Counted from the stretch's first letter, positions 46,335-56,777 are shown. The stretch: DNA of 56,934 bases from Clostridia bacterium (GCA_028722515.1 JAQYGS010000007.1:1-56934); one strand, 5' to 3'. The notes: a model not told the origin generated them from the letters alone. Made by a program: numbers and translations.

Positions 46335-47939
46335 ATGAGTTATACTGCTCTTTACAGGAAATTCAGACCGGATAATTTTGCAGATGTGAAAGGCCAGGAT
46401 CATATTGTGACCACATTGACCAATCAGATCAGGCATAACCGCATCGGACATGCATACCTTTTCTGCGGTACCCGGGGAACAGGTAAGACAACAGTCGCCA
46501 AGATTCTGGCGAAGGCTGTTAACTGTGAACATCCGGTTGACGGAAGTCCCTGTAATGAATGCGCCATGTGCAGGGCGATTCAGGCAGGAACATCCATGAA
46601 TGTAATTGAAATTGATGCTGCATCCAATAATGGCGTGGATAACATCCGGGAGATCAGGGAAGAGGTTTCTTACCGTCCTACGGAAGGCAGATATAAAGTA
46701 TATATTATTGATGAAGTTCATATGCTATCCACAGGAGCTTTTAATGCTTTGCTGAAAACTCTGGAAGAGCCGCCGTCTTATGTGATCTTCATTCTTGCTA
46801 CCACAGAAGCCCATAAGATACCTGTTACGATTCTTTCCAGATGCCAGCGTTATGATTTTCACAGGATTTCAATTGATACAATTGCGGACAGATTGAATGA
46901 ACTTCTTAAAGTTGAGGGAGTTCAGGCAGAAGAAAAAGCTGTCCGCTATGTGGCTAAAGTGGGCGACGGGTCTATGCGTGATGCTCTCAGCCTTTTAGAT
47001 CAGTGCATAGCATTTTATCTTGGGCAGACTCTGACTTATGATAAAGTGTTGAATGTTCTTGGTGCTGTGGATACAGAAGTTTTCAGCAGACTTCTGCGAA
47101 AAATTATCAAGGGTGATGTAACAGGATCAATTAATATTCTGGAAGAGCTGATTACAGGAGGAAGAGAGCTGAACCAGCTCGTAGGGGATTTTACCTGGTA
47201 CCTGAGAAACCTTCTTCTGGTAAAAACTTCTGAAAATCCAGAAGAGGCTATTGATGTCTCTTCTGAAAATATGAAGCTTCTTCAGGAAGAAAGTGAAATG
47301 ATAAGCGTGGAAACCCTTATGCGCTATATCCGGGTTTTTTCAGACCTTTCCAACCAGATAAGATATGAAACTCAGAAGAGAGTTCTGGTAGAGATAGCAT
47401 TGATCAAGCTATGCCGCCCTGCTATGGAAACGAACCTGGATTCCGTTCTGGATCGGATAAGAGTCCTGGAGCAGCGTATGGATGAAAGACCTGTGCAGCA
47501 GGTGCTTGTCCGTGAAACAGGGGAACATTCAGAAGATGACAGAACACTTGCAGAGGAACCTGAACCTCCCGTGAAGGCTGCACCTGAAGACCTGCAGAGA
47601 ATCGTGGCAGGGTGGAAAGGAATTGTGAATCAGACTTCCGGGATGTTTAAACAGATGCTTCAGAAATCTGTACCCAAGTATAACAGAGATACAGAAGATC
47701 CTGTATTATATGTGGAATTCCAGGATTTTCTGGGAAAAACTTATGTAGATAATCCTGAGGCTGAAAAGGAACTTCAGGATATTATTATGGCACAGACCGG
47801 TAAGACGGTGGAAATCAGGATGCTGACAGCTGACAGTGCGCAGAATATAAATCTGTCACAGATTACAGTTGACCAGGCAATCCGTGAAAACATTCATATG
47901 GATATTGTTGTGGAAGAAGATCCTGATGATTATAAATAA
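46335..47939 (+). CDS. dnaX: DNA polymerase III subunit gamma/tau
   Basis: 'ALYRKFRP', 'GTRGTGKT', 'IDEVHML', 'SRC'. Confidence 0.96.
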   Translation: MSYTALYRKFRPDNFADVKGQDHIVTTLTNQIRHNRIGHAYLFCGTRGTGKTTVAKILAKAVNCEHPVDGSPCNECAMCRAIQAGTSMNVIEIDAASNNGVDNIREIREEVSYRPTEGRYKVYIIDEVHMLSTGAFNALLKTLEEPPSYVIFILATTEAHKIPVTILSRCQRYDFHRISIDTIADRLNELLKVEGVQAEEKAVRYVAKVGDGSMRDALSLLDQCIAFYLGQTLTYDKVLNVLGAVDTEVFSRLLRKIIKGDVTGSINILEELITGGRELNQLVGDFTWYLRNLLLVKTSENPEEAIDVSSENMKLLQEESEMISVETLMRYIRVFSDLSNQIRYETQKRVLVEIALIKLCRPAMETNLDSVLDRIRVLEQRMDERPVQQVLVRETGEHSEDDRTLAEEPEPPVKAAPEDLQRIVAGWKGIVNQTSGMFKQMLQKSVPKYNRDTEDPVLYVEFQDFLGKTYVDNPEAEKELQDIIMAQTGKTVEIRMLTADSAQNINLSQITVDQAIRENIHMDIVVEEDPDDYK

Positions 47940-47963
47940 AAATCGAACAAGGAGGAGGCCTTT

Positions 47964-48302
47964 ATGGCAAAACGTGGAGGATTTCCCGGCATGGGAATGC
48001 CTGGAAATATGAATAATCTTATGAAACAGGCGCAGAAAATGCAGCGTCAGATGGAGGAGAATCAGAAAGCCCTTGAGGAAAAAGAATTTACAGCTTCCGC
48101 AGGGGGCGGCGCAGTTGAGGTTACTATTTCCGGAAAGAGAGAGGTAACGAAGGTTAAACTTCAGGAAGAAGTAGTAGATCCGGATGATATTGAAATGCTT
48201 GAAGACCTTATTGCTGCGGCAACAAATGAAGCACTGCGCAAGGTAGAAGAGGAATCGGCAGCAGTTATGTCCAGACTTACCGGTGGAGGACTGCCATTCT
48301 GA
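47964..48302 (+). CDS. YbaB/EbfC nucleoid-associated protein
   Basis: 'MKQAQKMQ', 'GGGAV', '[13 protein letters not shown]'; lies between dnaX and recR. Confidence 0.95.
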   Translation: MAKRGGFPGMGMPGNMNNLMKQAQKMQRQMEENQKALEEKEFTASAGGGAVEVTISGKREVTKVKLQEEVVDPDDIEMLEDLIAAATNEALRKVEEESAAVMSRLTGGGLPF

Positions 48303-48901
48303 TGGAATATTACAGCAGTCATATTAACAGACTGATCGAGCAGCTTTCCCATCTTCCGGGCATTGGTGCGAAATCAGCCCAGAGACTGGCATTTCATATT
48401 CTGAATATGCCAAGAGAACAGGTAGATCAGCTTACATCTGCCATAACGGACGCAAGAGAAAACGTACAATACTGTAAGTGCTGCTATACCCTGACAGATA
48501 AGGAAATCTGTCCCATATGCAGTAATCCGAAAAGAGACCATTCGGTAATTATGGTGGTAGAGAACACAAGAGATCTGGCCGCATATGAGAAAACAGGTAA
48601 ATTTGAAGGAGTTTATCATGTGCTTCACGGAGCTATTTCTCCTATGCTGGGGATAGGACCGGATGATATCAGGCTTAAGGAACTGATGCAGCGCCTTTCA
48701 CGTGACGAAGTAAAGGAAGTTATTATTGCCACGAATTCCAGCCTTGAAGGTGAGACTACGGCTATGTATATCAGTAAACTGATCAAACCTACAGGAATAA
48801 AAGTCAGCAGAATTGCAAGCGGAGTGCCGGTAGGCGGAGATCTGGAATACATTGATGAAGTAACACTTCTCCGTGCGCTGGAGGGACGTGTGGAACTCTG
48901 A
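48302..48901 (+). CDS. recR: Recombination mediator RecR
   Basis: HhH 'LPGIGAKSAQRL', C4 Zn finger, Toprim 'YHVLHG...EGETTA'. Confidence 0.97.
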   Translation: MEYYSSHINRLIEQLSHLPGIGAKSAQRLAFHILNMPREQVDQLTSAITDARENVQYCKCCYTLTDKEICPICSNPKRDHSVIMVVENTRDLAAYEKTGKFEGVYHVLHGAISPMLGIGPDDIRLKELMQRLSRDEVKEVIIATNSSLEGETTAMYISKLIKPTGIKVSRIASGVPVGGDLEYIDEVTLLRALEGRVEL

Positions 48902-48919
48902 AATTAAGGAGGAATCTTT

Positions 48920-50029
48920 TTGTCGAAAAAGAAAGCAACGTCTTCTGACGTGGCACAAAAGGCTGGAGTTTCCCAGGCAACAGTATCCATGGTTCTGAAC
49001 AGAAAATATAATGTTTCTTTTTCAAAAGATACTGTGGAGCGGGTTGAACAGGCAGCGAGAGAGCTGGGGTATCAGCTTCCGGGAAGGAAAAGCAAAAAGG
49101 AGAATAAGAAGGAAAAACTGATAGTTGTTTTCTGTCCTACTCTCACAAGCCCATATTATGTGCTCCTTCTTCAGGGAATAGAATCTGTGGCTGATAAACA
49201 GGGATATGGTGTTTTTATCTGCAATACTCAGAGAGATGCACGGCTGGAGGAAAAATATCTTCGTATGATGGATACTATTAAGCCTCAGGGAATTATTTAC
49301 AGCTGTAATCCTAATCCTGATTTTCAGATGCAGGTGGAAAAGCTTGCCCAGACGATTCCACTGGTAATTATCAGTAACAAAGAGAAAACTACAACAGTAG
49401 ATGCCATCAATCAGGATAATACGGTGGTAGGGAAGATGATGGCACGCCACCTTCTTGACCTCGGACACAGAGACGTGGCTTTTATTACGCCGCCGCTGAC
49501 AAGAAGACAGTGGCAGAGGACAAAGCGCGTCAGCGGATTTGTTAAAGAATTTGAAAAAGAAGGATTAGGGGATCACGTAATCATAAAAGCTGCTGATGAA
49601 TCTATTGATTCCCAGATCCCCAGAATGGATTCCGAGTATTCCATGGGATATCAGCTGACTATGGAACTACTGCAGGAAGGAAGGAAATTCACTGCGATAG
49701 CCGGACAGAATGATATGATGGCCATTGGTGCACTGGATGCTTTGCAGGAAGCCAAGATACGTGTTCCAAGAGATGTGTCAGTAATCGGATGTGATAATAT
49801 TTTTTATTCCGGTATCCGGAAAATATCTCTCACAACCATTGATCACTTTGTTGCGCTGAAAGGACAGGACGCCTGTGATATTATTATCCGTAAAATTGAT
49901 GCAAGGGAAAGATCTCTTACAGACACGGCGCCTGTCAGTCTTTATAACATTGAATACACTCCCAAGCTGATATCCAGGAGGACGACGGCAAACGCCAAAA
50001 TCTCTAAAAATGTATCGGAAAAAAATTAA
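48920..50029 (+). CDS. LacI family transcriptional regulator
   Basis: HTH 'DVAQKAGVSQATVSMVLN'; 'NDMMAIG', 'VPRDVSVIGCD', 'LTTI'. Confidence 0.92.
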   Translation: MSKKKATSSDVAQKAGVSQATVSMVLNRKYNVSFSKDTVERVEQAARELGYQLPGRKSKKENKKEKLIVVFCPTLTSPYYVLLLQGIESVADKQGYGVFICNTQRDARLEEKYLRMMDTIKPQGIIYSCNPNPDFQMQVEKLAQTIPLVIISNKEKTTTVDAINQDNTVVGKMMARHLLDLGHRDVAFITPPLTRRQWQRTKRVSGFVKEFEKEGLGDHVIIKAADESIDSQIPRMDSEYSMGYQLTMELLQEGRKFTAIAGQNDMMAIGALDALQEAKIRVPRDVSVIGCDNIFYSGIRKISLTTIDHFVALKGQDACDIIIRKIDARERSLTDTAPVSLYNIEYTPKLISRRTTANAKISKNVSEKN

Positions 50030-50171
50030 TTTTAATAAGCTGATTAGGAATTATTATTAATAATTTCTAACAAATACGAAATTAGAATCATAAATAAGGT
50101 ATCTTATTTATAAAATTATTTATAAAATAAGTTATTATAAATAAAAAAATTATTAATAATTTTCCCTCCGC

Positions 50172-50199
50172 TTGACCTGAACGTAAAGTCTGATATAAT
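50172..50199 (+). promoter_or_regulatory. Sigma-A promoter of the fsa-tkt operon
   Basis: TTGACC-N16-TATAAT with extended TG. Confidence 0.7.
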
Positions 50200-50251
50200 G
50201 AAATTATCAAAAAAACACAGGATAAAAAAGCAAAAACAGGAGGGTTAAGCA

Positions 50252-50905
50252 ATGAAATTTTTTATTGACACGGCGAAGGTAGAGGATATTAAGGCCGCTA
50301 ATGATATGGGTGTTATCTGCGGCGTAACTACTAATCCATCTCTGATCGCTAAAGAAGGAAGAGATTTCAAAGAAGTAATCAAGGAGATCAGTTCTATTGT
50401 TGATGGTCCTATCAGTGGAGAAGTAAAGGCTACCACAACGGATGCTGAGGGAATGATCAGAGAAGGAAGAGAAATCGCGGCCATTCATCCTAATATGGTT
50501 GTAAAGATTCCTATGACTGCAGAAGGCCTGAAGGCTGTTAAAGTTCTTTCTGCTGAAGGAATCAAGACTAATGTTACTCTTATTTTTACTGCTAACCAGG
50601 CACTTCTGGCAGCAAGGGCAGGCGCGACCTATGTATCACCGTTCCTTGGAAGACTTGATGATATTTCTACAAGAGGAGTGGATCTGATCCGTGAGATCGC
50701 AGAGATGTTTGAGATTGCTGGCATTGAGACAGAGATCATTGCAGCAAGCATCAGGAATCCGATTCATGTTACAGACTGTGCACTTGCAGGTGCAGATATT
50801 GCCACAGTTCCATACAGTGTAATTATGCAGATGATCAAACATCCACTTACAGATGCAGGTATTGTGAAATTCCAGAATGACTATAAAGCAGTATTTGGTG
50901 AATAA
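50252..50905 (+). CDS. fsa: Transaldolase / fructose-6-phosphate aldolase (short type)
   Basis: 'FFIDTA', 'GVTTNPSL', Schiff-base 'VVKIP', 'SPFLGR' (Phe suggests transaldolase activity). Confidence 0.93.
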   Translation: MKFFIDTAKVEDIKAANDMGVICGVTTNPSLIAKEGRDFKEVIKEISSIVDGPISGEVKATTTDAEGMIREGREIAAIHPNMVVKIPMTAEGLKAVKVLSAEGIKTNVTLIFTANQALLAARAGATYVSPFLGRLDDISTRGVDLIREIAEMFEIAGIETEIIAASIRNPIHVTDCALAGADIATVPYSVIMQMIKHPLTDAGIVKFQNDYKAVFGE

Positions 50906-50920
50906 GGAGATATTACCATA

Positions 50921-51760
50921 ATGGAAAAATTAGAACTTCAGAAAATTGCAAACGAAGTCCGCAAGGACATCGTGACAGCAGTTCACGCTGCAAAAGCAGG
51001 ACATCCGGGCGGATCTTTATCTGCAGCTGATGTCTTCACATATTTATACTTTGAAGAAATGAATATTGATCCTGCAGATCCGAAGAAACCGGATCGTGAC
51101 CGTTTTGTTTTATCAAAGGGCCATACAGCACCGGGTTATTATTCCGTGCTTGCAGAGAGAGGATACTTCCCCAAGGAAGATCTGAAGACTCTGCGTCATC
51201 TGGGATCTTATTTGCAGGGACACCCTGATATGAAGCATATTCCGGGTGTTGATATGTCCAGCGGTTCACTGGGACAGGGAATTTCCGCAGCTGTGGGAAT
51301 GGCTCTTTCCGCCAAACTGAGCAATGAGGATTATCGTGTGTACACTCTCCTGGGCGATGGAGAAATTCAGGAAGGACAGGTTTGGGAAGCATCTATGTTT
51401 GCAGGTGCTCATAAACTTGATAACCTTGTTGTGATCGTTGACAATAATGGACTTCAGATTGATGGAAGTGTTGCAGATGTATGCTCTCCATATCCAATTG
51501 ATAAGAAGTTTGAAGCGTTTAATTTCCATGTGATCAATGTTGCTGACGGCAATGATATGGATCAGTTAAGGGATGCGTTTAATGAAGCAAGAGCTACTAA
51601 GGGAATGCCTTCAGCCATTATCTTGAAAACTGTAAAAGGCAAAGGCGTTTCATTTATGGAGAATCAGGTAGGATGGCATGGAAAAGCTCCTAATGATGAA
51701 CAGTATGCCCAGGCAATGGCAGATTTGGAGAAAGTAGGTGAAGCATTATGTCAGAAGTAA
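50921..51760 (+). CDS. tkt: Transketolase, N-terminal (TPP-binding) subunit
   Basis: 'GHPGGSLS', 'LSKGH', 'GSLGQG', 'GDGE...EG', 'KGKG'. Confidence 0.94.
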   Translation: MEKLELQKIANEVRKDIVTAVHAAKAGHPGGSLSAADVFTYLYFEEMNIDPADPKKPDRDRFVLSKGHTAPGYYSVLAERGYFPKEDLKTLRHLGSYLQGHPDMKHIPGVDMSSGSLGQGISAAVGMALSAKLSNEDYRVYTLLGDGEIQEGQVWEASMFAGAHKLDNLVVIVDNNGLQIDGSVADVCSPYPIDKKFEAFNFHVINVADGNDMDQLRDAFNEARATKGMPSAIILKTVKGKGVSFMENQVGWHGKAPNDEQYAQAMADLEKVGEALCQK

Positions 51761-52686
51761 AGAAAATCGCCACAAGAGCCAGCTATGGCAATGCTCTTGT
51801 AGAATTAGGTAAAAAACATGATGATCTGGTGGTTCTGGATGCTGACCTTGCTGCAGCTACTCAGACTGGTATTTTCAAAAAAGAATTTCCTGAGCGTCAT
51901 ATTGACTGCGGTATTGCAGAATGCAATATGGTTGGAATAGGCGCAGGACTTGCTACAACGGGTAAGGTTCCGTTTGTAAGTACTTTTGCAATGTTCGCAG
52001 CAGGACGTGCTTATGAGCAGGTTCGTAATTCTGTAGGTTATCCTAAGCTGAATGTAAAAATTGGCGCAACCCATGGCGGAATTTCTGTTGGAGAAGATGG
52101 CGCTACTCATCAGTGCTGCGAAGATTTTGCCCTGATGAGAGTTATCCCTGGCATGGTTGTTGCATGTCCTTCGGATGACATTGAAGCCAGAGCTCTGGTG
52201 GAAGCTGCGTATGAACATGTAGGACCTGTATATATGAGATTTGGACGTCTTGCTGTTCCTGTAATCAATGACAGACCAGATTATAAATTTGAACTTGGTA
52301 AAGGCATTGTGCTTCGCGAAGGCAAAGATATTACTATTATTGCCAATGGACTCTGCGTGGCACCTTCTCTGGAAGCTGCCGAAAAACTTGCGGCTGATGG
52401 AATTGATGCAAAAGTGATCAATATCCATACTATCAAACCTCTGGATGAAGAACTTGTAGTTGCAGCTGCAAAAGAAACAGGAAAGGTTGTGACAGTCGAA
52501 GAGCATTCCATCATTGGAGGTCTTGGCGGTGCTGTATGTGAGTGCCTGTCAGAGAAAGCTCCTGTTCCGGTTAAGAGAATCGGTATCAATGATGTCTTTG
52601 GTGAATCAGGCCCTGCACCTGCACTTCTTGAAAAATATGGCCTTGATGCAGAAGGTATTTATAAGCAGGTTAAGGCATTTGTATAA
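51748..52686 (+). CDS. tkt: Transketolase, C-terminal subunit
   Basis: 'DADL', 'GIAE', 'DGATHQ', 'TIKPLD', 'EEH..IGGLG'. Confidence 0.94.
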   Translation: MSEVKKIATRASYGNALVELGKKHDDLVVLDADLAAATQTGIFKKEFPERHIDCGIAECNMVGIGAGLATTGKVPFVSTFAMFAAGRAYEQVRNSVGYPKLNVKIGATHGGISVGEDGATHQCCEDFALMRVIPGMVVACPSDDIEARALVEAAYEHVGPVYMRFGRLAVPVINDRPDYKFELGKGIVLREGKDITIIANGLCVAPSLEAAEKLAADGIDAKVINIHTIKPLDEELVVAAAKETGKVVTVEEHSIIGGLGGAVCECLSEKAPVPVKRIGINDVFGESGPAPALLEKYGLDAEGIYKQVKAFV

Positions 52687-53204
52687 CACAAGATTCCCTG
52701 TGTGATAGTATCTGCCATGGAAATAACGGTAGACAGGCGGGTGGTTTGGAGTGTAAGCTGTTCCAGAACTCCTCCTATGTTTACAATTCCAGTGATATGA
52801 ATATCACCTACAGGAGGCAGTTCCTTTTGAACTCCCGCACCTGGGTAAAGTGCACCACTTCCAATGGTCACATATCCCAGGTGCTTTTTTTGTCCCAGAG
52901 AAGCATCTATGGCAATGATCAGCCCGTCAGGATGTGCGGATTTGATATTTCTTGAAATTTCAGGCAAATTCAGTGCATGTACAGGCTGTTCCAGAGTTCC
53001 GTATACATAAATTCCCTTCATATCCAGGTGGCTCAGCTGCTGACCTATATAGGGCCCCAGACAGTCACCGGTCACTCTGTCAGTTCCAATACATAAAAAA
53101 ATCAGCTCTGACCATCTTCCGGGATGATGAAGTATACATTTTTTCAGAATATATGCGATCTCCTTGGAAGAGTTTTCTTTTTGGGAATTAATATAAAATA
53201 CCAT
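52659..53204 (-). CDS. yyaC: Spore protease YyaC
   Basis: 'CIGTDRVTGDCLGP', 'PVHALNL', 'AIDASLG', 'LQTTRL'. Confidence 0.92.
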   Translation of the reverse strand: MVFYINSQKENSSKEIAYILKKCILHHPGRWSELIFLCIGTDRVTGDCLGPYIGQQLSHLDMKGIYVYGTLEQPVHALNLPEISRNIKSAHPDGLIIAIDASLGQKKHLGYVTIGSGALYPGAGVQKELPPVGDIHITGIVNIGGVLEQLTLQTTRLSTVISMADTITQGILCYTNALTCL

Positions 53205-53235
53205 GAATAGTCCTTTCTGAAAGTTCTTTTTGTTT

Positions 53236-53265
53236 CATCATATCCCAAAGAAGAATGAATTATGC
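53236..53265 (-). promoter_or_regulatory. Sigma-F-type forespore promoter of yyaC
   Basis: Minus strand GCATA-N15-GGATATGATG, matching the sigma-F consensus architecture. Confidence 0.65.
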
Positions 53266-53367
53266 ATAGTGCAAAATGTGTCGCTAAATTCTTATAAATA
53301 TGTCTTACAATGTGATAAAATCCGCGTTTTCCATATGATATGCTGATACCCGAAGGGGTGATAGGAC

Positions 53368-54585
53368 ATGATAGAAGTCATTTATAAGGATGAAAATCAG
53401 GATACCCGGGAAAATGAAGGAATGTTTGTTCTTCCCAGAAACATACGTCAGATCGGTCAGATACGGGATGACTGTAAAATTTACATGGAAGACTACGTTT
53501 ATACGTTCCTGGTGCGTCTGTCCAGATCAGGAGAAAAAGATGAACAGAATGCAAAAGTTGCAGTATTTACAGGGGAGACGCAATGGAGAGACGGTACTGT
53601 TTATTTTTTTATTAAAGGTGCTATTATGACAGAAGATATGGAAGCTGCTCAGGATCATATTGATTTTTCAAAGGAAATCTGGGAAAAGATCAATGAGGAA
53701 CAGAAAACATATTTTGAGAACCAGGAGATCATAGGATGGTTTTTCTCTCAGCCTCAGCTTGCACTGGAACCATCGGAACTTTTTACAAAAGTTCATCTAA
53801 AATATTTTGGGGGAGAAAAGGTACTCATGCTAATGGAACCTCAGGAACGTGAGGATGCTTTTTTTCGATATGAAAATAATTCTATGGTACGTCTTGGGGG
53901 ATACTATATATATTATGAAAAAAATCCTTGCATGCAGGAATATATGCTGGAAAAAAATAAAGAACTTGAAAATGAACCAACAGAGAAAGTTGAGGATGAT
54001 GCAGTAAAAAATTTTCGCAAAATAATTTCAGATAAAAAGGACACAAAAAAGGAACAGGAGACATCTTCTGTTTTTTCTTATGTTGCGACAGCGTGCCTGA
54101 TTGCGGCGGTACTTGCAGCAGGATTTAATTTTTACAGAAATTATCGAAATCTGAATCAGAATCCGGAGAAGGAGGAGAGCAGAACAGTGTCCTCTGTGAT
54201 TTTGGAAGAGACCACACCAGTTCCATCTGTATCTGAGAAACCCAAAATCACAAGTACCCCGATTCCTGAAAAGACTGTCCTGCCTGAAACCAGTAAAAAT
54301 AAAAAAACGACAGAAGAAGTATCCAGTACCTCCGCTCAGATATATCAGGAGGAGGCAGATACACGAAAAGCTCAGAAAAGAGTCAGGGAGGAAGCGGAAA
54401 AGGAAAACCAGGCAGCAGTTTCTGCCTCTGCCCATGAAACCTATGTAATTCAGCCTGGTGATACTTTATATCAGATCAGCATGGACAGATATGGAAATAC
54501 CAGTGCAATTAAAGCAATCTGTAAACTGAACAAAATGAGCGTAGACCAGATCATTTATCCGGGACAAATAATTGTATTACCTTAG
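53368..54585 (+). CDS. Membrane protein with an MPN/JAB-like N-domain and a C-terminal LysM domain
   Basis: 'IIGWFFSQP' MPN-like strand; single TM; Pro/Thr/Ser-rich linker; LysM 'YVIQPGDTLYQIS...IYPGQIIVLP'. Confidence 0.8.
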   Translation: MIEVIYKDENQDTRENEGMFVLPRNIRQIGQIRDDCKIYMEDYVYTFLVRLSRSGEKDEQNAKVAVFTGETQWRDGTVYFFIKGAIMTEDMEAAQDHIDFSKEIWEKINEEQKTYFENQEIIGWFFSQPQLALEPSELFTKVHLKYFGGEKVLMLMEPQEREDAFFRYENNSMVRLGGYYIYYEKNPCMQEYMLEKNKELENEPTEKVEDDAVKNFRKIISDKKDTKKEQETSSVFSYVATACLIAAVLAAGFNFYRNYRNLNQNPEKEESRTVSSVILEETTPVPSVSEKPKITSTPIPEKTVLPETSKNKKTTEEVSSTSAQIYQEEADTRKAQKRVREEAEKENQAAVSASAHETYVIQPGDTLYQISMDRYGNTSAIKAICKLNKMSVDQIIYPGQIIVLP

Positions 54586-54653
54586 AAAGATGTGTTATAA
54601 TGAAAGGCAGTAAAATGTGAAAAAGAACAGATAAGATAAGGAAAAGATAAACA

Positions 54654-55904
54654 ATGGCTAATACTATAAAAAAAATGATAAGAAAGCATAAAAAGAAAAA
54701 GCTCATGGCTCAGAAGGCCAGGCTTGCCAGACAGCAGGGAAAGATTGAAACAGAAAAAGAGAAGGATGATTATCAAACCAGACTTTCAAAGCATAAAAGA
54801 AAGGTGGCTAAGAAAACTCTTATAACTGTTACTGCTGTAATTGTAATCGTGGCGGCTTTCATCATCTATATGGAAAAAAGAAGCTATCATAATTATAAAA
54901 TTCTGCAGACAAGTGAACAGGAGGATATAGTTTCCACAAATTATGTGGAAATGGAAGGCAATATCCTTAGATACAGTCCGGATGGTGTTTCACTCGTTTC
55001 AAACAAAATGGAAACGCTCTGGAGTGAAACGTATTCAATGCAGAATCCTGTTGCAGACGTACAGGGCTCCAGAGCGGTAATTGCTGATAAAGATGGAAAC
55101 AGTATTTTTATGTTTGATAAAAACGGTAAAACAGGGAATGTTACCACATCTTATTCTATCGTCAAGGCAAAAGTGTCTGAAAATGGGTTGGTAGCGGCTA
55201 TTCTGGATGGCGGTGATGATACCTGGATAAATTTTTACAGTTTTGACGGAAGCTTGATCGCAGAAAATCAGACAAGAATAGATGATCCGGGTTATCCCCT
55301 TGATGTTGCCATATCCGACAATGGCGTGATAATGATGGTAACTTATCAGTTTGTGGATGGAAATGATACAACAAGTTATGTGGCATTTTATAATTTTGGC
55401 GATGTTGGACAGAATGAGGACGACAGAATCGTAAGCGGATATAAATATAAAGGAGTCGTAGTGCCTCAGATTGAATATCTGGATCAGAATCGCAGTATAG
55501 CTATAAGAGATGATGGCTTTACCCTGTACAGAGGAGGACAGATCCCTAAGGAGGTTAAAACCATAAAGGAAGATAAGGAAATCGTAAGCACATTTTTTGA
55601 CGACGACCTGGTAGGCCTTGTGTTTAAAAACGACAGTAAAGATAAACTATATACCATGAATGTGTATAAATTGGATGGCACACTGAAATTCAAAAAAGAT
55701 TTTAATATTCCTTATACTACAATAAAAATGAGTGACGGGAACATTCTGATGTACAATAGCTCCCAGATATGCATTATGAACAGCAAAGGGGTTCAGAAGT
55801 ATATGGGGGCAGTTGATGGAACGGTGAAGAATTTCTTTAAGATAGGGTGGAACAGGTACATCCTTGTATCAGACGGCGGAGTAAACCTGATTAAACTGAG
55901 TTAG
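54654..55904 (+). CDS. Membrane-anchored beta-propeller-like protein (DUF5711-like)
   Basis: Basic N-terminus, single TM, repeated beta-strand pattern. Confidence 0.7.
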   Translation: MANTIKKMIRKHKKKKLMAQKARLARQQGKIETEKEKDDYQTRLSKHKRKVAKKTLITVTAVIVIVAAFIIYMEKRSYHNYKILQTSEQEDIVSTNYVEMEGNILRYSPDGVSLVSNKMETLWSETYSMQNPVADVQGSRAVIADKDGNSIFMFDKNGKTGNVTTSYSIVKAKVSENGLVAAILDGGDDTWINFYSFDGSLIAENQTRIDDPGYPLDVAISDNGVIMMVTYQFVDGNDTTSYVAFYNFGDVGQNEDDRIVSGYKYKGVVVPQIEYLDQNRSIAIRDDGFTLYRGGQIPKEVKTIKEDKEIVSTFFDDDLVGLVFKNDSKDKLYTMNVYKLDGTLKFKKDFNIPYTTIKMSDGNILMYNSSQICIMNSKGVQKYMGAVDGTVKNFFKIGWNRYILVSDGGVNLIKLS

Positions 55905-55915
55905 GGGGATATTTT

Positions 55916-56623
55916 ATGACCATAACATGGCTGGGAATTGTGGCGCTTGTTTTACTGGGGCTTTCCTGCTATGCCGGGTACAGGCGCGGTCTGATACGTG
56001 AACTGGTATCTATGTTCTGTGTAATCCTTTCAATCGTGATTGTCTGGTTTATAAACCCATATGTGAATCAGTTCCTTCGGGATAATACAGGAATATATGA
56101 CACAGTACAGGAAAGCTGCAGTAAATTTGTGGAAGGAAAGAGCAATGAATCCGAAAAAGAGGATGGAGAGGAACAGAATGATGTGATCAAAAACCTGAAT
56201 CTTCCATCACTTCTGACAAATGGAATTTCTGAAAATAATACGGCTGATGTATACTCATATTTGTCGGCAGATACTTTTTCGGAGTATCTGGCGCATTACC
56301 TTGCGGAGATTGTGATTAATGGCCTATCTTTCCTGGTTTCATTTATTCTGTCTACACTTTTAATAAGATGCATAACCTGGGCAGCTGATCTGATAACCAG
56401 GATTCCGGTTATAAAAGGTGTAAATAAAATAGCCGGGGCACTTTTCGGACTGATAAAATTCGTGGTCATTATCTGGATATTATTCCTTATCTTAACTGTA
56501 CTATGTAATACAGCCATTGGACAAAACGGATTGAAGCTGATCAGGCAGGATCAGCTGCTTAATTATCTCTACAACAAGGATATTCTTATCAGAATCTTTT
56601 TGAACGTATTTTATATGAAATAA
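55916..56623 (+). CDS. CvpA (colicin V production) family membrane protein
   Basis: 'GYRRGLIREL' and 'VNKIAGALFG' motifs; four TM helices. Confidence 0.85.
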   Translation: MTITWLGIVALVLLGLSCYAGYRRGLIRELVSMFCVILSIVIVWFINPYVNQFLRDNTGIYDTVQESCSKFVEGKSNESEKEDGEEQNDVIKNLNLPSLLTNGISENNTADVYSYLSADTFSEYLAHYLAEIVINGLSFLVSFILSTLLIRCITWAADLITRIPVIKGVNKIAGALFGLIKFVVIIWILFLILTVLCNTAIGQNGLKLIRQDQLLNYLYNKDILIRIFLNVFYMK

Positions 56624-56647
56624 AAAGAAAAAAATTGGAAAAAAGTG

Positions 56648-56676
56648 TTGACATTCTTTTTTATATATGATAAATT
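56648..56676 (+). promoter_or_regulatory. rRNA operon promoter P1
   Basis: TTGACA-N17-TAAATT with extended TG and upstream A-tracts (UP element). Confidence 0.8.
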
Positions 56677-56742
56677 AAATGAGATGTCAATGAAACAGCA
56701 GATTGTGTTTGAAAAAACTTTTTGAAAAGAGCAAAAAAATGC

Positions 56743-56771
56743 TTGACAGAGTCGAAAGAACATGATAAACT
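56743..56771 (+). promoter_or_regulatory. rRNA operon promoter P2
   Basis: TTGACA-N17-TAAACT with extended TG and an upstream A-tract. Confidence 0.8.
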
Positions 56772-56777
56772 GAATAA

